Assembly (NCBI GenBank): GCA_002419365.1
Contig: DIGA01000095.1
Span: forward strand, 17,636-81,635
Direction: 5' to 3'
Origin: Mageeibacillus sp. UBA5734
GTDB lineage: Bacteria > Bacillota > Clostridia > Saccharofermentanales > UBA5734
Length of the DNA stretch: 64,000 nt
Below, piece after piece: positions 1 to 9,280 of this stretch. Each line of letters begins with the position of its first letter. The stretch's first letter is position 1. The notes beneath the pieces were generated by a model. It worked only from the letters and a program-made list of their open reading frames with translations, searched no databases and was not told where the DNA came from. Made by a program: the position numbers and the translations under genes.

Positions 1-1068
1 AGTGTCGGCAGAGGTGTCGATCAGCTGGCTCCCCCAGCTAATCCCGGTCCCTGCAGCCGTTGCTGGATTGCCAGGTGGAGACACATGATCCAGCCAGGCG
101 TTCAGGTACAGACTGCCAGACCCTGTCATGAAACGGACCTGGCCATCAGAGTCAGCCGTCAACGTCGCAACCGGGATGAATGCGGCGTAATTGAGAATGC
201 AAAACTCAACGGTGGCACGGGCAGCCGGCTGGCCATCGGCCAGGATGACATGGACCGTGATTTCCCTGACCGGAGCATAGCGGTCCAACTGATTGGAGAA
301 GACCACCTGGCCTTCCCGGCCAATCATCCCCGCCGGTTCTGACACCAGACCTGGCGGGCCAAAGCGACGCGAATGGACCAGCATGGCCCTGGCGGCGGCA
401 TGCGTAAACCAGCCCCGGTCCAAGACAACTTCCGGTTCACAGGCCCCAAGGAAATGCCATTGGCCATCACACCAGACCTCAACCCAGGCATGGTTATCAT
501 CACAATGCGACCAGCGTGGCACATAGACCTGGCGGGCTGGCAGCCCGACGCTGCGCAGAACCGAGACGGTGAAAACAGATTCCTCGCCACAGCGGCCAAT
601 GCCGTTTTTCCAGATGGCAACCGGTGATGCCGTCCGCTCATCCGATGCCTGGTATGTCACCTGGCTTGCACACCATTCATTGATGGCCAGGGCAGCGGCC
701 GCCATGTCTTTTCCGGCCAGCAAACCGGCCACTTGAGCATAAAACAACGAGCGGCAAGGCTCGATGGCTTCGTTATTGATGCGGTGAAACAAGATATTCT
801 GCAGGAACAGCTCCTCAGGAATCCGGTCTGTCCAAGGACTGGTCTGGTGCAAGAAGACTGCATGGCTGGCATAGTCGAGAATGGTTTCAAACGGGCAATT
901 GAGCAGATCCGGAAGCGGCATGCTGGCAAAAAGATATTTGAGCATCACGGCCGTATCTGCCGCACAAGCCTGGATCTGGCTCGCCAGCTGATGGCCCAGA
1001 CGGCCGTGCGATGTCATTTTCTGCTCGAAATGGTCAGCGATCCGTTGCAGCAAAGCTTGGGAAAACAT
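1..1068 (-). CDS. Transglutaminase-like (Cys-His-Asp core) protein; first 356 codons only, continues past the window start
   Basis: Not in the ORF track because it has no in-window stop. My reverse-strand translation from ATG 1068..1066 reads MFSQALLQRIADHFEQKMTSHG...AIWKNGIGRCGEESVFTVSVLRSVGLPARQVYVPRWSHCDDNHAWVEVWCDGQWHFLGACEPE... and stays open in frame to nt 1. GRCGE (Cys) and DNHAWVEVW (His) are classic transglutaminase-core motifs. The gene starts 8 nt after the cutC stop. Confidence 0.75.
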   Translation of the reverse strand, partial: MFSQALLQRIADHFEQKMTSHGRLGHQLASQIQACAADTAVMLKYLFASMPLPDLLNCPFETILDYASHAVFLHQTSPWTDRIPEELFLQNILFHRINNEAIEPCRSLFYAQVAGLLAGKDMAAAALAINEWCASQVTYQASDERTASPVAIWKNGIGRCGEESVFTVSVLRSVGLPARQVYVPRWSHCDDNHAWVEVWCDGQWHFLGACEPEVVLDRGWFTHAAARAMLVHSRRFGPPGLVSEPAGMIGREGQVVFSNQLDRYAPVREITVHVILADGQPAARATVEFCILNYAAFIPVATLTADSDGQVRFMTGSGSLYLNAWLDHVSPPGNPATAAGTGISWGSQLIDTSADT

Positions 1069-1076
1069 GGCGGTCC

Positions 1077-1832
1077 TCACTGGCGGGCCAGACGGTCAAT
1101 CACATTGCGCGCGGCCCGGATCTGCTTTTCATCGGTCTGGTAGATTGAAAACTCATCCAGGGACGGCAAACCCATCTGGACTGCCGAGTTGCGGAAACGC
1201 ATCGGACTGTCAAGGATGATTTTACCAGACAGGTGATAGGATTGAATCCCGGTCTGCTGCCAGATCGCGGCGATATTTTGCCCAGAAACACCGGCCCCAG
1301 CCAAGATATCGATCCGGCCCGCAGCCAGGGTCACGAGGGTCTTGAGCAAACCGACGCCCTCCAGGCAGGTTGCCTGCTGGCCCGAGGTCAGGATGGTGGT
1401 CACACCAAGTTCAATCGCTTGGGCCAAGCTCCGGCAGGGATCAGCGGTCTGGTCAAAGGCCCGGTGCAAGGTCACGGGCAAGCCCGGTGCCTGAGCCATG
1501 ATCCGGGCCATCCGCCCGGCATCCAACGAGCCGTCGGGTTGTAAAACACCGATCACCACACCATCTGCGCCCAGATCCGCAAACAGGCGGGTTGCTTCCA
1601 GAATGCGCTCGAATTCGGAATCCGTGTAGCAAAAATCACCGAAGCGTGGCCGGATCAGGACATTGATCTTGATCTGGCCCAGCTGCCTGACTTGTTTGAA
1701 AAGGGCGGCATCCGGCGTCGTACCGCCGATAACCAGGTTGCTGCAGAGTTCGAGCCGGTCAGCGCCGCCCCGCTGGGCCGCCAGGGCTGACTCCAGTGAA
1801 TCCACACAACCTTCCAAAATCCATCTATCCAT
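1077..1832 (-). CDS. cutC: CutC family (copper homeostasis protein CutC-like) TIM-barrel protein
   Basis: 251-aa ORF. MDRWILEGCVDSLESALAAQRGGADRLELCSNL...RPRFGDFCYT...HRAFD matches the CutC family pattern as I recall it. Confidence 0.85.
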   Translation of the reverse strand: MDRWILEGCVDSLESALAAQRGGADRLELCSNLVIGGTTPDAALFKQVRQLGQIKINVLIRPRFGDFCYTDSEFERILEATRLFADLGADGVVIGVLQPDGSLDAGRMARIMAQAPGLPVTLHRAFDQTADPCRSLAQAIELGVTTILTSGQQATCLEGVGLLKTLVTLAAGRIDILAGAGVSGQNIAAIWQQTGIQSYHLSGKIILDSPMRFRNSAVQMGLPSLDEFSIYQTDEKQIRAARNVIDRLARQ

Positions 1833-1873
1833 CGCATGTACTCCTTAGGCCAAAGCCCGGATTTGGGGTCATA

Positions 1874-3886
1874 TCAGGATCGCTCGTAATCGAGCGCAAC
1901 CATGCCATGTCCCAGGACCTGGTCGATGGCAAAATAGACAGCGCCGGCTTCCTGGCGGAAACTGATTCCTGTCGCCGCAGGTACGGCCTGGACGCGGCGG
2001 ACCTGCCGCGGCCCCACCTCAATCCTCAATTCCAGGTTATGAAGCGGAATGACATCCTCGATGGTGTAGATCTCCTCGGAACGTTTTTCCGTGATGTAGT
2101 GGAGCAGGTGCAAGACCAGCCGGCTTTCCCGAGGCTGCTCATTGAGGGCAGTGATGAGCGTGGACGGGCCATTGTGCGAGACCGGCGACTGGCCCAGGAG
2201 CAGCTCCAGAGCGTCCCTGACCATCAGCTTGCACCAGCGGGGGGCATTTTTCCGGTAGAGCCGGAAAACCGGATGGGCAAAGTAAATCGCATTGCCATTC
2301 CGGATGACTGCGGGATGACCCGTCTGGCCAGAAGATGGCGCATGCTGATGGGAGCAAAAACGATCCCCTGAACGATCGAAATAAGGCTTGACCTTGTCCA
2401 TCAGGACCGAGCTGCGCGCTCCGGGTACCTGCTCGACATCGAAAGCCCGGTCATACATGACGTATTCTTCCCGGTGCAGGGACTTCCCGATCACCGCATT
2501 GGGCAGGACAAATTCCCGGTAATACGGCGATTCAGCCAGGAACCGGACGCCGTAGAGCTCACTGGCCGGACCTTTGTCCAGGCAGGCATCATAAGAACCG
2601 AGCAAGCTGCCGCCCTGGTCCAGATAGGCTTGGATCTTGCCGGACAATTCCGGCGAGAACGGAATCTGGTCTGGCAAAACCAGGAGTGAGTAAGCAGAAA
2701 AGTCCATCTGGCTGTCGATGATGTCAAAGGGCCAGGACAATTCCTGCAGCATCCGGGCCGCTCCGACCAGGGAGGGCGGCAGGCCCAGGTTATGCGGCTC
2801 GTCCGGGTAGAACTCCTCCGGTGTCAGGATGGCAATCGGTGATACCGGCACGGCATCCCGGCAATAGGCCTCCTTGGCCTTGACCGAGGCATAGACCTTG
2901 CCGATCAAATCATAAGCGCCCGGGGAAAGTCTGCCGTTGGGGTGCAGCTGGTCGCCGATCGAGCAGCCAGCGCCCACAGCCAGCATCTGGAAGCATTCAA
3001 ATTCCAGGGCCGCCTGGTTTTTCAGGGAATGGAAATCACCCCAATAGGTATGGAATTTGCCGGTCATGCCGATCATTTCCTTGCCCAGGGTCCGGGCATA
3101 GCGGCTGGTCACCGGGAAATGGTCATACCCCCAGCCGCCGCTCGGCAGGGACTCCAGCTCGAGATGGCTGTAGTCCTTGAAACTGGCCTTCGATTTCGGA
3201 CCAACATGAGAGCTGTTGTAGAAGATGCCGGCATCGGGCAATTGATTGTGGATGAACGCAGTGATTTCAGTCTTGAATTCATCCAGCATCAGGGCCGCAT
3301 AGCGATAGCGCTGGTTCTTCTGGTCCGGATCCATGCCCAATCCGGTCATTTTCTGCCGGCAATGCGGACAGTTGCATTCCACCTGGAAGAGGATATCCAT
3401 GAAGAAGCCATCGATCTGGTCTTTACCGATCACATCGATGATGTCTTGCAAATGGGTCTTGAAAAACTCCCGGTAGGGGCTGTTCAGGCAGATGGTATGG
3501 TAAAAATGGGGCGCTGGCACATGCTGGGTATCGACATAGTTTCCGTTACCATCGATGGCCAGCCATTCCGGGTGTTCCCGCATGATCCGGCCATCCCATT
3601 GGACCGTCGTATAAATCGGCACCCGGATGCCCCGGGCATGGCAGGCTGCTATCTGCTGTGGCAGCAGATCCCGGTTGGAAAGCTGGGGATGGATCAGTTC
3701 CGGGTGGGTTTTTGACGGGTAGTAAAGCCAGCCATGATGGCAGCGGGCAAAGCAGGTGATCGAATCGACATCGGATGCTGCCAGAGTCTGGGCAAATTCA
3801 GCCGGGTCAAAATCCGCGCCAATTCGGTCGATGAATTCGCTGGTGTGAAAATCAAGATGGACCTGACGGTACCGGATTGCTGCCAT
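1874..3886 (-). CDS. Putative glycoside hydrolase, GHL6 / GH42-like (beta-galactosidase trimerisation-domain type)
   Basis: 670-aa ORF. The N-terminus YRQVHLDFHTSEFI...CFARCHHGWLYYPS resembles the GHL6 hypothetical glycosyl hydrolase family, followed by a GH42-like middle domain. RBS GGAGGAAACTC precedes the ATG. The exact activity is unknown. Confidence 0.6.
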   Translation of the reverse strand: MAAIRYRQVHLDFHTSEFIDRIGADFDPAEFAQTLAASDVDSITCFARCHHGWLYYPSKTHPELIHPQLSNRDLLPQQIAACHARGIRVPIYTTVQWDGRIMREHPEWLAIDGNGNYVDTQHVPAPHFYHTICLNSPYREFFKTHLQDIIDVIGKDQIDGFFMDILFQVECNCPHCRQKMTGLGMDPDQKNQRYRYAALMLDEFKTEITAFIHNQLPDAGIFYNSSHVGPKSKASFKDYSHLELESLPSGGWGYDHFPVTSRYARTLGKEMIGMTGKFHTYWGDFHSLKNQAALEFECFQMLAVGAGCSIGDQLHPNGRLSPGAYDLIGKVYASVKAKEAYCRDAVPVSPIAILTPEEFYPDEPHNLGLPPSLVGAARMLQELSWPFDIIDSQMDFSAYSLLVLPDQIPFSPELSGKIQAYLDQGGSLLGSYDACLDKGPASELYGVRFLAESPYYREFVLPNAVIGKSLHREEYVMYDRAFDVEQVPGARSSVLMDKVKPYFDRSGDRFCSHQHAPSSGQTGHPAVIRNGNAIYFAHPVFRLYRKNAPRWCKLMVRDALELLLGQSPVSHNGPSTLITALNEQPRESRLVLHLLHYITEKRSEEIYTIEDVIPLHNLELRIEVGPRQVRRVQAVPAATGISFRQEAGAVYFAIDQVLGHGMVALDYERS

Positions 3887-4080
3887 GAGTTTCCTCCAAA
3901 TTTCTATTCTGCAATACTTTTAGCTGCACCAGCAGGCCAGCCAAGATCCTCAGTTTTCCAGGCATAGAGACCCTTGCCAATCGACCGATGCTCAGTTGCC
4001 GGGATGATCCAACTATAAACAATTTCACGGGCGCAAAACATGGAATTTTTGTTTGCCATTATGGATAAACAACGTCAACA

Positions 4081-4107
4081 GGCATCCGGGGTTTCACCCC
4101 AGATGCC
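4081..4107 (-). terminator. Stem-loop (12-bp stem with one G-U, 3-nt loop) 44 nt downstream of the sulfatase stop; possible weak terminator or attenuator
   Basis: Plus strand ggcatccggggt-ttc-accccagatgcc. On the minus-strand RNA the only mismatch becomes G-U. It is followed by UGUUGACGUUGUUUAUCC, which is only moderately U-rich. Confidence 0.35.
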
Positions 4108-4150
4108 GGCCCCAATGATGGCCATGTTTATCTTTTGCATGGTCCTGTCC

Positions 4151-5743
4151 TCACAGGTAATTCAGGTAAGACAGCTGGAGCAGGTTGGTCAAAGCTTCTT
4201 TGCTGGCCTTGCCATCACGGGCGAGCAGGGGGCCTGGATCGTCCCAGGTGTTTTCATGCTCACCATCTGCAAAGGCTGGTTTGGTATGTACGGTCACCGG
4301 CCGGGTGGTCCGGACGAGCCAGGCATACAGCTTCTGCTGCAGGTCCCGGACGACGGTCTGGTGTTCGGGATCAAAATAGAGATTATGCAATTCCCAGGGA
4401 TCCGCCTCATGGTCATACAATTCACCAAAATCCTGGCCATCGCAGAGCTCTGGCAGGTACTGGGTCAGTTTCCAGCGTTTGGTATGGATCGTTTTGGTCA
4501 GCGCATGTTCCGTGACAGCCACCTCGTGTACGGGAAGGCCCTCGTGCAGGGTCGCAGTCAGGTCCTGGCCATCGATCCAGTCCGGCTGGCCGATTCCTGC
4601 CAGCCGGCACAGAGTCGGGAAGACATCGATGCTTTCAGCCAGCTCGTCGCAGGTTTTGCCTTGGGGCAGCTGCCCCGGCCAGGAAAAGATCAGCGGGATC
4701 TGGGTGACACAGCGAAAGCCAATCCCTGGTGCTTTTTCGATCATGCCATGCTCACCGGCAAATTCACCATGATCCGACAGATAGACCACAATCGTATTGT
4801 CCCGGATCTTGAGGGTATCCAGGGTGGCGAGAACCTCGCCAATCGCGGCATCCATCTGGGTCACATTGGCATAATAGCCATGGAGGACCCGGCGGCGCGC
4901 CGCGGCAAAGGTCTTCGGTTCAAAAATCATCCAGTCCTGGCTGGTCTGGAAACTCTTCTGCAAGCGCCGGGCGGCCGGATGGCGGTCAAGCATCGGGTCC
5001 TCGGCATTGGGCGGCAAGGCCAGCTCATCCGTCTGGTAGAGATCCCAGTACTCCCTGGCCGGCGCATAGGTCTGGTGCGGCCGGGGCAAGGTCATCCAGT
5101 AGCAAAAGGGTTGTCCGGCTGCCTGGGACTTTTCGATGAATCCCGATACCTTGCGGGCGGTCCAGGCCTCAAAGCTCCAATGGGCCGGCAAGCGGGACGG
5201 TCTGGCATCGAGGCCCTGGCCGCTGGCATGGCCCCGCTTTTGCTCATACCATTCCTGGAGGATCTTGTCGTCGCGGTCCTGAAGCAATCCAGCCTGGGCC
5301 AGATCGGTGGCGTATTCATTCAGGCTGAGGCCCTGGAGGCCTTCGAGCAAATGGCTGAGGCCAGGCAGATACTCCTGCTCAAAGCCATAGCCATCGGCCA
5401 GGTCATCACAATGCGGGCCCAGCCAGCCCGAGGGGGTATGCGTCTTGCCCGCCATGCCGGTCCGGTAGCCGGCCTGCCTGAAGTGTGCGAACAGATTGGG
5501 CAAATTGTGCGGGGCCGGCCCCATCAGGCCATAATAGCCAAAATTGTGGACGTATTGGCCGCTCATCAAGCACATCCGGCTGGGTGTGCAAATCGGGTTC
5601 TGGGTGATGGCGCGGGAAAAGCGCACCCCCTCGTCTGCCAGGCGGTCCAGGTTGGGCGTGATGGCCTGCTTGTCGCCTGCACAGCCCATGACCCGGGCAT
5701 TATGCTGGTCGCTGTAGAGAATCAGGATATTGGGCTTGTTCAT
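4151..5743 (-). CDS. Cys-type (formylglycine-dependent) sulfatase with no signal peptide, predicted cytoplasmic
   Basis: Contains the CTPSR formylglycine motif (NPICTPSRMCLMSG) and the LSDHGEFAGEHG motif. I moved the start to ATG 5743 (MNKPNILILYSDQH) because CCGGAGGATACGC-ATG gives a GGAGGA RBS. The track start at 5824 has none. Confidence 0.9.
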   Translation of the reverse strand: MNKPNILILYSDQHNARVMGCAGDKQAITPNLDRLADEGVRFSRAITQNPICTPSRMCLMSGQYVHNFGYYGLMGPAPHNLPNLFAHFRQAGYRTGMAGKTHTPSGWLGPHCDDLADGYGFEQEYLPGLSHLLEGLQGLSLNEYATDLAQAGLLQDRDDKILQEWYEQKRGHASGQGLDARPSRLPAHWSFEAWTARKVSGFIEKSQAAGQPFCYWMTLPRPHQTYAPAREYWDLYQTDELALPPNAEDPMLDRHPAARRLQKSFQTSQDWMIFEPKTFAAARRRVLHGYYANVTQMDAAIGEVLATLDTLKIRDNTIVVYLSDHGEFAGEHGMIEKAPGIGFRCVTQIPLIFSWPGQLPQGKTCDELAESIDVFPTLCRLAGIGQPDWIDGQDLTATLHEGLPVHEVAVTEHALTKTIHTKRWKLTQYLPELCDGQDFGELYDHEADPWELHNLYFDPEHQTVVRDLQQKLYAWLVRTTRPVTVHTKPAFADGEHENTWDDPGPLLARDGKASKEALTNLLQLSYLNYL

Positions 5744-5780
5744 GCGTATCCTCCGGCCAGAAAGAATGTCCACCTGGCAA

Positions 5781-5810
5781 GGGGCCTGGGCTGAATCCAG
5801 CTCAGGCCCC
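5781..5810 (-). promoter_or_regulatory. Intercistronic GC-rich stem-loop between the binding-protein gene and the sulfatase gene
   Basis: ggggcctg-g-gctg aatc cagc-t-caggcccc. No U-tract follows, so I read it as an mRNA-stabilising or attenuating hairpin rather than a full terminator. Confidence 0.45.
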
Positions 5811-5857
5811 TGTTCAATTGGCAAACGTCTCAGGTTTTTATCCGTGTTGCGCTGCGC

Positions 5858-7312
5858 TTATTTCTTGGTTCCGTACAGATTGTCCTTGGTCCAGCCATTT
5901 TCCGTTTTCAAGGCATCGAGCACGGTCTTATAGGCTTCATTCAGGGTCTTGGAGTATTCATCCAGGCTGATGTCACCCGCCAGGTATTGCTGGCCGCCAC
6001 GGTGATAGACATTGCGGATTTCTTCGTTGATGCCCGTGAAATAGGCAATCCGCAGCATATCTTCCGTGATCATGAAGCCCTTGAGCGTTTCCGGCAGCGA
6101 AACCGTCTGGGAGGTCGGCAGGACATAGACATTCTCTGTTTTCTGAGCCTGGATGTCGGCACTGCTCATGTACATGGCAAAATCAATCGCGGCTTCGATC
6201 TTTTCCGGCGAGCTGGCTTTGTTGACGCACATGATGCCGTCCGGTTGTCCGCCCAGCACAACGGATTGCTCCTGGGCAAAGGCACTGGTGTCTTTCATGA
6301 TGGTCGGAACCGGCATCACGCCATATTCAAAGCTCTTTTCCGTGCCATCGATCAGGCGGAGCTGCCAGGATCCGGTCATGGTCATGGCCACATCGCCGCG
6401 CAGGAAGGCTTCGAGTGCATCCTGCTGGGTCATGGCATTGAAGTCATTGTTCCAGTTGGCCGAAAAATCTTTCATCAGCTTGAAGGCTTCCTGGATGGCC
6501 GGGCTGGAGAAATCCAGCAGACCTTCGTCAACAGCATAAGCCAGTTCATTCTGTTCGGCAAAATTGTTCTTGTTGAGGTCGATTTTGGGCAGCAGTTCCT
6601 TGGTTGCGAGCTGGCTAACCACGGAATTGCCAAACCAGAGGTAGTTCAGATCCGCGATGGTGGCATTCGGGAATGCGATTGGCGTGACACCTGCGGCTTT
6701 GAGCTTGGCCAGGCTGTCCATGAATTCCGTCCAGGTGGCCGGTGTCTTTTCAATGCCTGCTTTACGGAACAGGTCGACATTGTAGAAAATCCGGACCGCA
6801 GACGTGGTGGTCGGCACACCGATCACTTCCGTATCGGAGAGGACACAACGGTCCATCAGGACATCGCTGATGGTGTCGCGCCAGGGCATGCCCGGCTCAT
6901 ACTTGTTCTCCTGCTTGACCGCATCATTGAAATTGTAGAGGTAGCCTTTGCCAAAATCAGCAGCGGCATCATAGAGGATGGCATAATAGACATCCGGACC
7001 GGAACCGGCAGCAAACTGGGTCGTCAGCCACGTGCGGTACTGATCCTCCGGGATCAGCTCGAAATCGACTTTATTGCCGCTGGCCTCTTCATACTGGGCC
7101 ATCAGCTGCTTGTAGAATTCATTGGCAGACTCATCGGCCTGCAGCTGCTGGACGTATTTGATGGTGACGGGCTCTTTTGCCGCTTCAGTGGGCGCCGCAG
7201 TGGTTGGAGCTGCGGTGGTCTCTGCAGCAGGGGTTGGCTTGGCTGCACAGGCACTCATCAGGATGACCAGGGACAGAGCGAGCATGAGGGCGAGGACTTT
7301 GTTCAACTTCAT
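5858..7312 (-). CDS. ABC transporter (CUT1) extracellular solute-binding lipoprotein
   Basis: MKLNKVLALMLALSLVILMSAC lipobox followed by an Ala/Thr/Pro tether. Start set at ATG 7312 behind AGGAGG. Family-1 SBP length (484 aa). Confidence 0.88.
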   Translation of the reverse strand: MKLNKVLALMLALSLVILMSACAAKPTPAAETTAAPTTAAPTEAAKEPVTIKYVQQLQADESANEFYKQLMAQYEEASGNKVDFELIPEDQYRTWLTTQFAAGSGPDVYYAILYDAAADFGKGYLYNFNDAVKQENKYEPGMPWRDTISDVLMDRCVLSDTEVIGVPTTTSAVRIFYNVDLFRKAGIEKTPATWTEFMDSLAKLKAAGVTPIAFPNATIADLNYLWFGNSVVSQLATKELLPKIDLNKNNFAEQNELAYAVDEGLLDFSSPAIQEAFKLMKDFSANWNNDFNAMTQQDALEAFLRGDVAMTMTGSWQLRLIDGTEKSFEYGVMPVPTIMKDTSAFAQEQSVVLGGQPDGIMCVNKASSPEKIEAAIDFAMYMSSADIQAQKTENVYVLPTSQTVSLPETLKGFMITEDMLRIAYFTGINEEIRNVYHRGGQQYLAGDISLDEYSKTLNEAYKTVLDALKTENGWTKDNLYGTKK

Positions 7313-7412
7313 ACTGAAACCTCCTTTTATTCTTGCAGAATCTTTGATTCTGGCAATTCCTTTGTCTGAAAGAGTCTTCGGGGGGCCAAACAATGCCGTT
7401 GCCGGGCCAGGC

Positions 7413-8249
7413 TCATGACTTCACGGCACCCTGGGTCAGGCCGGCGATAAAGTATTTGCTCGAGAACATGAACAGGGTGATCATCGGGATCGCGGCAATT
7501 GAGTAGCCGGCATAGACGACGCCATTGCCTTCCTGGATATTTCCTTTGAGCAAGGTCAGGGCAACCGCGATCTGCCGCACTTTTTCGCCACTGGTACTGA
7601 CCAGGGGCCAGATGAAATTGTTCCAGGCGGATAAGCCAGTGATGATGGCGACCGTGGCAAAGATCGCTTTGGACAAGGGGACGGCGATGGTCAGGAAGAC
7701 CTTCAAATCACCGGCGCCTTCGATTTCTGCCGCCTCATAGAGGCTGGCCGGGATGCTGTGGAAAGAAGCCCGCATCAGATTGGTGGCTATGGCAGCACTG
7801 AAGGCAGCCGGGGGAAAGATCAGGCCGGCAAAGGTGTTGAACATGCCCATCCGGGTGATGGTGATGAATTGCGGGATCAGAAGGACGAAGCCGGGGATCA
7901 TCAGCATGGCCAGGATTCCAAGGTAGAGCAGGTTCTTGCCGGGGAACTCATACCGGGCGAAGGCAAAGGCAGCCAGGGAGGATACCACGAGGGTCAAGGC
8001 AATGACACAGACGGTGACCACCACTGAATTGAAGATCGGCTGGATGATCTGGGCAAAGGCTTTGCCATAGTTGCCGAACCGCAGCGGCAAGGTGAAAAAC
8101 CACGGATGCTTGATGATTTCGATCTGGTTCTTGAAGGAGCCCATGAACATGAGAGCCAGCGGATAGAGGGTCAAAAACAGGAAAAAGGAGATGCTGAGCC
8201 ATTTGAGCACAGCCAGGGCGGAGGATGATGGGGATCGTTGCATGGCCAT
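7413..8249 (-). CDS. CUT1 sugar ABC transporter permease (MalG-like)
   Basis: 278 aa, multi-TM, with EAA loop YEAAEIEGAGDLKVFLTIAVPL. Confidence 0.9.
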   Translation of the reverse strand: MAMQRSPSSSALAVLKWLSISFFLFLTLYPLALMFMGSFKNQIEIIKHPWFFTLPLRFGNYGKAFAQIIQPIFNSVVVTVCVIALTLVVSSLAAFAFARYEFPGKNLLYLGILAMLMIPGFVLLIPQFITITRMGMFNTFAGLIFPPAAFSAAIATNLMRASFHSIPASLYEAAEIEGAGDLKVFLTIAVPLSKAIFATVAIITGLSAWNNFIWPLVSTSGEKVRQIAVALTLLKGNIQEGNGVVYAGYSIAAIPMITLFMFSSKYFIAGLTQGAVKS

Positions 8250-8260
8250 TCTGCTCTCTC

Positions 8261-9184
8261 CTAGTCCAGTTTGTCAGTTTCCTGCATGAAGCGGTGGTTG
8301 AAAAAGGTCAAGGCCAGGATCAGGGCAAACAAACTGACGCCCAGGGCCGAGGCGTAGCCCATCCGGTTGTAGTTGAAAGCTTGCTGGTAGATATGCACAG
8401 CCGGAACCATGCTGGCCGTGCCTGGCCCGCCCTTGGTCAGGACAAAAACAGCATCAAAGACTTGCAGGGCATTGATCATGGTCAAGGCAATGATGATCTT
8501 GAACTGGCTCTTGAGCATTGGCAAATCGATGAACAGGATCCTTTGCCAGAGACTGACTTTGTCAATCCGGGCCACATCAAAAAGGTCACCCGGAATCGAC
8601 TGCAAGGCACCGAAGTAGATCAGGAACGGCATGCCACCGAGCATGGCTATTCCGATCCAGGGGAAGCCCACCATCAGGATCGAGCCCAGCGCGGTTTTGG
8701 CATCGCCCAGCCAGGGATGGACCCAGGCCGACAGACCAACGGACTTGAGCAAGGTGTTGAGTATGCCGGTCTCACCACCAAGGATCCATTTCCAGATCAG
8801 GATGGTGATCATGCCCGGGACAACCATCGTAAAGGTGAAGGCAGTCCGCAGGGCGTATTGGGTTTTCAGGGACCGCACCGCAAAGACAAGCTCAGCCAGA
8901 ACGAAGGGGATGGTCACGGAAATCAGGATATAGACCAACAGGACCACGAATGCGTTTTGCAAGGATCCCAGAAAATCGCGGTCCTGGATCGCTTCCAGGT
9001 AATTGCCAAGCCCGATGAACTGGTCCACATTGGCTCCGTTCCAATTGGAAAAGGACTTTTCAACCGCCATTGCAAAAGGCCAGTACTTGAAGACCAGCAA
9101 AAGGATATAAACGGGCAGCAGAAAAAGATAGGCTTTCCAGAATTGTCTCGAATATCTTCTCTTCCCCACTCGCTGCATGTCCAT
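8261..9184 (-). CDS. CUT1 sugar ABC transporter permease (MalF-like)
   Basis: 307 aa, multi-TM, with EAA-type loop DVARIDKVSLWQRILFIDLPML. The second ATG at 9178 has better GGAG spacing and may be the true start. Confidence 0.9.
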   Translation of the reverse strand: MDMQRVGKRRYSRQFWKAYLFLLPVYILLLVFKYWPFAMAVEKSFSNWNGANVDQFIGLGNYLEAIQDRDFLGSLQNAFVVLLVYILISVTIPFVLAELVFAVRSLKTQYALRTAFTFTMVVPGMITILIWKWILGGETGILNTLLKSVGLSAWVHPWLGDAKTALGSILMVGFPWIGIAMLGGMPFLIYFGALQSIPGDLFDVARIDKVSLWQRILFIDLPMLKSQFKIIIALTMINALQVFDAVFVLTKGGPGTASMVPAVHIYQQAFNYNRMGYASALGVSLFALILALTFFNHRFMQETDKLD

Positions 9185-9280
9185 ACTCCAGAATCAAGAA
9201 TCCCTGTACCTTCTGAGAGCATTCTATCCAATCCAAGAGGGGGTTTGTGGTCTGATTATTGGGCAATCTGTGGACAATTC

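Noticed and set aside
4075-4140. 21-codon mini-ORF right after the sulfatase stop (MQKINMAIIGAGIWGETPDAC) with a Rossmann-like GxGxxG and a GAGGA RBS. It could be the stub of a Gfo/Idh/MocA-type oxidoreductase, and a 51-codon ORF follows in the same frame (to ~3906).
   Set aside because: It is too short to distinguish from chance. The GIWGETPDA codons coincide with the 12-bp hairpin at 4081-4107, which explains the sequence better. The downstream frame shows no oxidoreductase similarity.
4040-5794. 584-aa + strand ORF covering the whole sulfatase gene in antisense
   Set aside because: It has no recognisable motifs and a low-complexity Gly/Arg/Pro-rich composition. It lies exactly opposite a gene with strong family signatures (CTPSR). 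Long antisense ORFs are expected in GC3-biased coding DNA.
5744-5824. N-terminal extensions in the ORF track (starts at 5824, 7393, 16098, 20050, 23827, 26310, 30312, 35195, 36552, 52371, 54814, 60698)
   Set aside because: In each case an internal ATG or GTG sits 5-9 nt after a GGAGG-like RBS. That start yields the canonical N-terminus (signal peptide, lipobox or family start). The longest-ORF starts lack an RBS or overlap upstream genes or hairpins.
5987-7369. 460-aa + strand ORF antisense to the binding-protein gene. The same issue applies to 8225-9415 and 9449-11074, which are antisense to the permease and kinase genes.
   Set aside because: These are mirror-frame artefacts: no RBS, no domain motifs, and the opposite strand encodes well-supported proteins.
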